A DNA stretch of 43,087 nucleotides from contig NC_068992.1 in the NCBI RefSeq assembly GCF_001194135.2, positions 30,254,865-30,297,951 on the forward strand. The letters run 5' to 3'. Below the pieces are notes generated by a model that saw only the letters and a list, made by a program, of their open reading frames with translations, had not been told where the DNA came from and made no database searches. This stretch comes from Octopus bimaculoides (lineage: Eukaryota). Both the position numbers and the translations under genes were made by a program. Each line of letters starts with the position of its first letter. Position 1 is the first letter of the stretch. Positions 38,970-43,087 of the stretch are shown here, piece by piece.

Positions 38970-39805
38970 TGAGGTCGTCCGGAAATTTCTGAGCGTTTTC
39001 AAGCTAAATCTTTGAACACACATGAAAAGCAACAAAATTTTAAAAATTGGCATTGCCTGTAGTGATACTGCATCTCTTCTTCGTTCCTGAGTAAAAGTAC
39101 ATTTATCTGTCATTTCTGTTACCCTTTACTCACATTTGAAATAGTTAAGTAAAAATTCATATTCGCGCCGTAAAATTTGTCCTTTTTAAGAAAGGAGAAA
39201 ATGCTGCAAAACATACAAAAGACATTTTAAAAGTTTATGGTGATGTTGCTGTCGGTGAATCAAATGTTCGAAGAAGGCTTGCAAAATATTAAGCTGGAGA
39301 TTTTAGCTTGGATGTTGACAGTTGAAGTGGAAGTCCTACAAATCTCAGTGAGGATGTTTTGAAGGCAAACATTGAAGAAAGCTAGAATATCCAGTATTCC
39401 GTTTGTGATATGCTTTTGAAACGTAATTAAAGCATGCCATTTTTTGAAGCAACTTATGACTAGAGATGAAAAATGGATTCTGTACGAAAACGTAGTGCGA
39501 AAAAGATCCTGGAATTTGCGTAAGGGTCCCCCAAAACAGTAACCAAATACAAATATGTGTGCCAACAAAGCTATGCTCTGTGTTTTGTGGGATCATAAAG
39601 TCATTATTTATTATGAGCTTCTCCCACAAACCCATACCATTAAGTTTGATGTGTACTGTGTCAGCTGGCTAATTTGGACAAAAAAAAAATTAAAGAATGG
39701 AAACCGGAGATTGCCAACATGAAAAGGGAGATCGCCAAGAAAGCAATGCCCGACTACATATGTCTTTGACTACCGGAACAAAGTTACATGGACTTGACTA
39801 GGATC
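38970..39805 (+). mobile_element. Decayed, internally deleted mariner (Tc1/mariner) transposon
   Basis: From 39158: HIRAVKFVLFKKGENAAKHTKDILKVYGDVAVGESNVRRRLAKY*AGDFSLDVDS*SGSP; then LKQLMTRDEKWILYENVVRKRSW, KAMLCVLWDHKVIIYYELLPQTHTIKFDVYC and NARLHMSLTT..KLHGL. A possible left TIR follows TA at 38968-69. Confidence 0.92.
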
Positions 39806-39949
39806 TCTATCGGGTGGTGCTATTTAGACATAGCCTGGACCAAGCTTTGGTCGAAACATATCTAAATTTTATATCTAAGTTTTATCTGTTTTATATACAT
39901 ACCTATATATCGATGCCTATATACACACGCACATGCACGCATATAAATA

Positions 39950-39953
39950 TGTA

Positions 39954-40025
<72 letters not shown>
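39950..40025. repeat. (TA)n(TG)n microsatellite
   Basis: Directly visible. Confidence 0.96.
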
Positions 40026-40029
<4 letters not shown>

Positions 40030-40174
40030 CATGTATGTATAAATATTTGGCAGAACAACTCATCAAACTTTCTACTCACGAACTTCTCAAACCATGAGTC
40101 ACTGTTTATCTTTAACTAAATATTAATAAAAATATTTTCATGTACTCATATTTTAAGTTCTGTTTTCCTGGTTG

Positions 40175-40790
40175 CTTCAACATCTATCTATCTATCTATA
40201 CGTCTGTCTGTCTGTATCTTTGTCTCTCTGTCTCTCTCTATATATATANNNNNNNNNNNNNNNNNNNNNNNNNNNNNNNNNNNNNNNNNNNNNNNNNNNN
40301 NNNNNNNNNNNNNNNNNNNNNNNNNNNNNNNNNNNNNNNNNNNNNNNNNNNNNNNNNNNNNNNNNNNNNNNNNNNNNNNNNNNNNNNNNNNNNNNNNNNN
40401 NNNNNNNNNNNNNNNNNNNNNNNNNNNNNNNNNNNNNNNNNNNNNNNNNNNNNNNNNNNNNNNNNNNNNNNNNNNNNNNNNNNNNNNNNNNNNNNNNNNN
40501 NNNNNNNNNNNNNNNNNNNNNNNNNNNNNNNNNNNNNNNNNNNNNNNNNNNNNNNNNNNNNNNNNNNNNNNNNNNNNNNNNNNNNNNNNNNNNNNNNNNN
40601 NNNNNNNNNNNNNNNNNNNNNNNNNNNNNNNNNNNNNNNNNNNNNNNNNNNNNNNNNNNNNNNNNNNNNNNNNNNNNNNNNNNNNNNNNNNNNNNNNNNN
40701 NNNNNNNNNNNNNNNNNNNNNNNNNNNNNNNNNNNNNNNNNNNNNNNNNNNNNNNNNNNNNNNNNNNNNNNNNNNNNNNNNNNNNNNNNN

Positions 40791-40820
<30 letters not shown>
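40175..40820. repeat. TATC/TC/TA repeats flanking N-gap 40249-40790
   Basis: Directly visible. Confidence 0.93.
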
Positions 40821-40821
<1 letters not shown>

Positions 40822-41789
40822 ATAAATACCAACAGATGCACGTGCCAGTTCACTACAGCTCTTTCCAACGAATTTTTAATTGATTAACGGAGGTATTACA
40901 CTAGAAAAAAATTGTTTTCATCAGGTGTACCACAACATTCAAACAAATTCGGCAGGATATGCATCTTCATGATTCTATGACTCTTGCTGGTCATAGACTC
41001 ATCAATATAACATGAATATCTTTCTGCTTGTGCCCCTATACCCGCATTCTGTTTTCTTGCTGTGTACGCATTTTACTTTTGGACCCGATCCGGTGCATTA
41101 CAATCTAGGTGCCTGATTCACTTGAATCCTGGTCTAATCTTTATATATAGCCGTGTATGTGTCAGTCTATGTATGTTAGTCTGTGTAAGAGAAGGATATA
41201 TAATAAAAGGAAGATAGATTTCCATTAGATGAAATATCAGATTACACATTCTATTCACCGATCACGATTGAAATTATAATTGTTTAAAAAGAGCTTGTAG
41301 TGGAATTGTAAAAAAGTACACCAGTGTGCATCGTTTCGTCTGTAATACAATTTTACTCTTGTCACGTTTTCAGAATACAAAATATGTCTAAGTCCACATA
41401 GCATAATATGAATTGAAAATAAATCATATTATTTATCATTCCCAACATCTATATCTTCATGATTTCTGCGTCTTGGAACACATAGACACATCGTCACGAT
41501 CACACGTACATGTGCATAGAAATTTTAGGCATAAATGTTAAGGACAGATGACGAACGATTCAATACACGAACAGAATAAAATGAATTATATACGGAAGTT
41601 TTTGTAACTTCATATTTAGGTTTTTGGGGTTTATAAAATATAGATTTTGATGGTTTTATACTTTAGAATTTTTCCCTTGAAGATTGAAGTTGAGTAATTT
41701 AATCATATGGTATGCTTTTAAATCTATTGGGCGGATTTTGAAAACAAGAATTTGTGAATTCAGTGAAATCATTTGGTTGTTAATAAGCA

Positions 41790-43010
41790 TTTCCACCCGC
41801 AGTAACAATCAAACATATTGCATAAATTCTAGCAGCGATTACATGTAAGGTAAATTTGTATTGTGAAGGGGTTATATGATTTACAAGTGTGCTATGCATA
41901 GTTTTAAAATAAAAAAATAGGGTAAAATGAAGTTTAGTTATAAATTGATGATGGAAACTGTATATGTAGTTCGGAGTTGGAAAAGTATATCCAGAGTATT
42001 TGTTTGCAGGGAAGATTTGTGCACATACGGAATTATTTGTGTGAATATTAATAGAGGTTATACGTAAATATTACCGTAATAAATTGATTATGTAGGTATA
42101 GTCAAATTGAAATCTAGTAATGTATAGAAAATGAAAAATGACCTGAAATACATCGATGTATAAGAATTTTATTTATTACCTGAAACCTGATGTACATAAA
42201 AACCGTGACTATATTTTTACTGCAGGACTCGCCTTGAGATACTAACTTTTAATGGAAATACATATATGACAGAAATGAAGAATCATCCCTGTACCTGCTT
42301 GCAAGAATACCAGGTGCATTTCGGCCGTTTTATGCCTTTTTATCATGTGTACTCGCAACCAGGAATATGCTCGTACAAGAATTACTCATCTCTCATGGAA
42401 TAAGCAGCGAATAGTCGCCAGCTGAAAACATCCCGTATGCGAAATTGAAGTAGTATTAGATTAAAGCAACTATCTATGTATCGATCTTAATGTATATACA
42501 CCGTCACTAGGCAATTTACTGCACTGTTCGTGCTGACATGAAACCACAGGAGGATGCACTGTGTACATAACAAATATCGTGGAAACTGGATAAACAAGCG
42601 GCCGCTGAGTACGTTCTTAGTAGGCATATCCAGTATTATCGCCAATATTTTCAGGACTCGAAGACATCGTAGATTAAAGCTAGTTAGTTTTTTTCAACTA
42701 ACTTGACACATCGACGTCTTGGGGTCCTGGTAAATGTGGAAACTGAAAAATGGGATGTTTTCAAACCTTTATACCATAAGAATATTACTTTATCTGCGGT
42801 AACAGCAGCATATTTGTTGTTCCTTGGGGCTGGCCAGCTTGAACCAATATCGAGAATAACCAGCCGAAATTGGAAAGATAATCTCGATCTCGACTGAGGA
42901 AAGTAAACTCCGAATGACCTGTCCTTGTTTTCTGTGTATCGTCTATCTGGTTGTTTTGTTGTCCCTTACTTGTATCAACTAACTGTCTGGATGTTTTTCG
43001 TCCTTGTCCC
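41790..43010 (+). pseudogene. Decayed LRR-transmembrane (Toll-like ectodomain-type) gene relic I
   Basis: YPEYLFAG (41988), LKYIDV (42143), TRLEILTFNGN (42227), FSGLED (42648), WDVFKPL (42751), then hydrophobic CFLCIVYLVVLLSLTCI (42926-42976). The order fits LRRs followed by a TM helix. Confidence 0.65.
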
Positions 43011-43016
43011 ATTTTG

Positions 43017-43019
<3 letters not shown>

Positions 43020-43065
<46 letters not shown>

Positions 43066-43087
43066 TATATCTATATATCTATCTATA
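43020..43087. repeat. (TA)n-rich microsatellite at the window end
   Basis: Directly visible. Confidence 0.95.

Overview
AT-rich, microsatellite-dense eukaryotic DNA from a gapped draft assembly (8 N-gaps). The SINE sequences and repeat landscape resemble what I recall of octopus genomes; the species is inferred, not verified. I find no intact protein-coding gene, and most long ORFs in the track are artefacts of TA/CA repeats and N-runs. Well-supported features: two decayed Penelope-like GIY-YIG remnants, a decayed mariner, and several SINE copies, some with clear target-site duplications (TSDs). Three cryptic signals stand out. (1) About eight heavily frameshifted relics of apparently intronless leucine-rich-repeat (LRR, Toll-like ectodomain-type) genes lie on both strands; these come from manual translation, no TIR domain was found, and AT-rich DNA can mimic LRR motifs. 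(2) A minimal type I hammerhead-ribozyme motif with an intact core lies at about 25.94-26.02 kb, with weaker relics elsewhere. (3) A head-to-head palindromic element at about 24.4-25.2 kb joins tRNA-derived heads to hammerhead-like tails.
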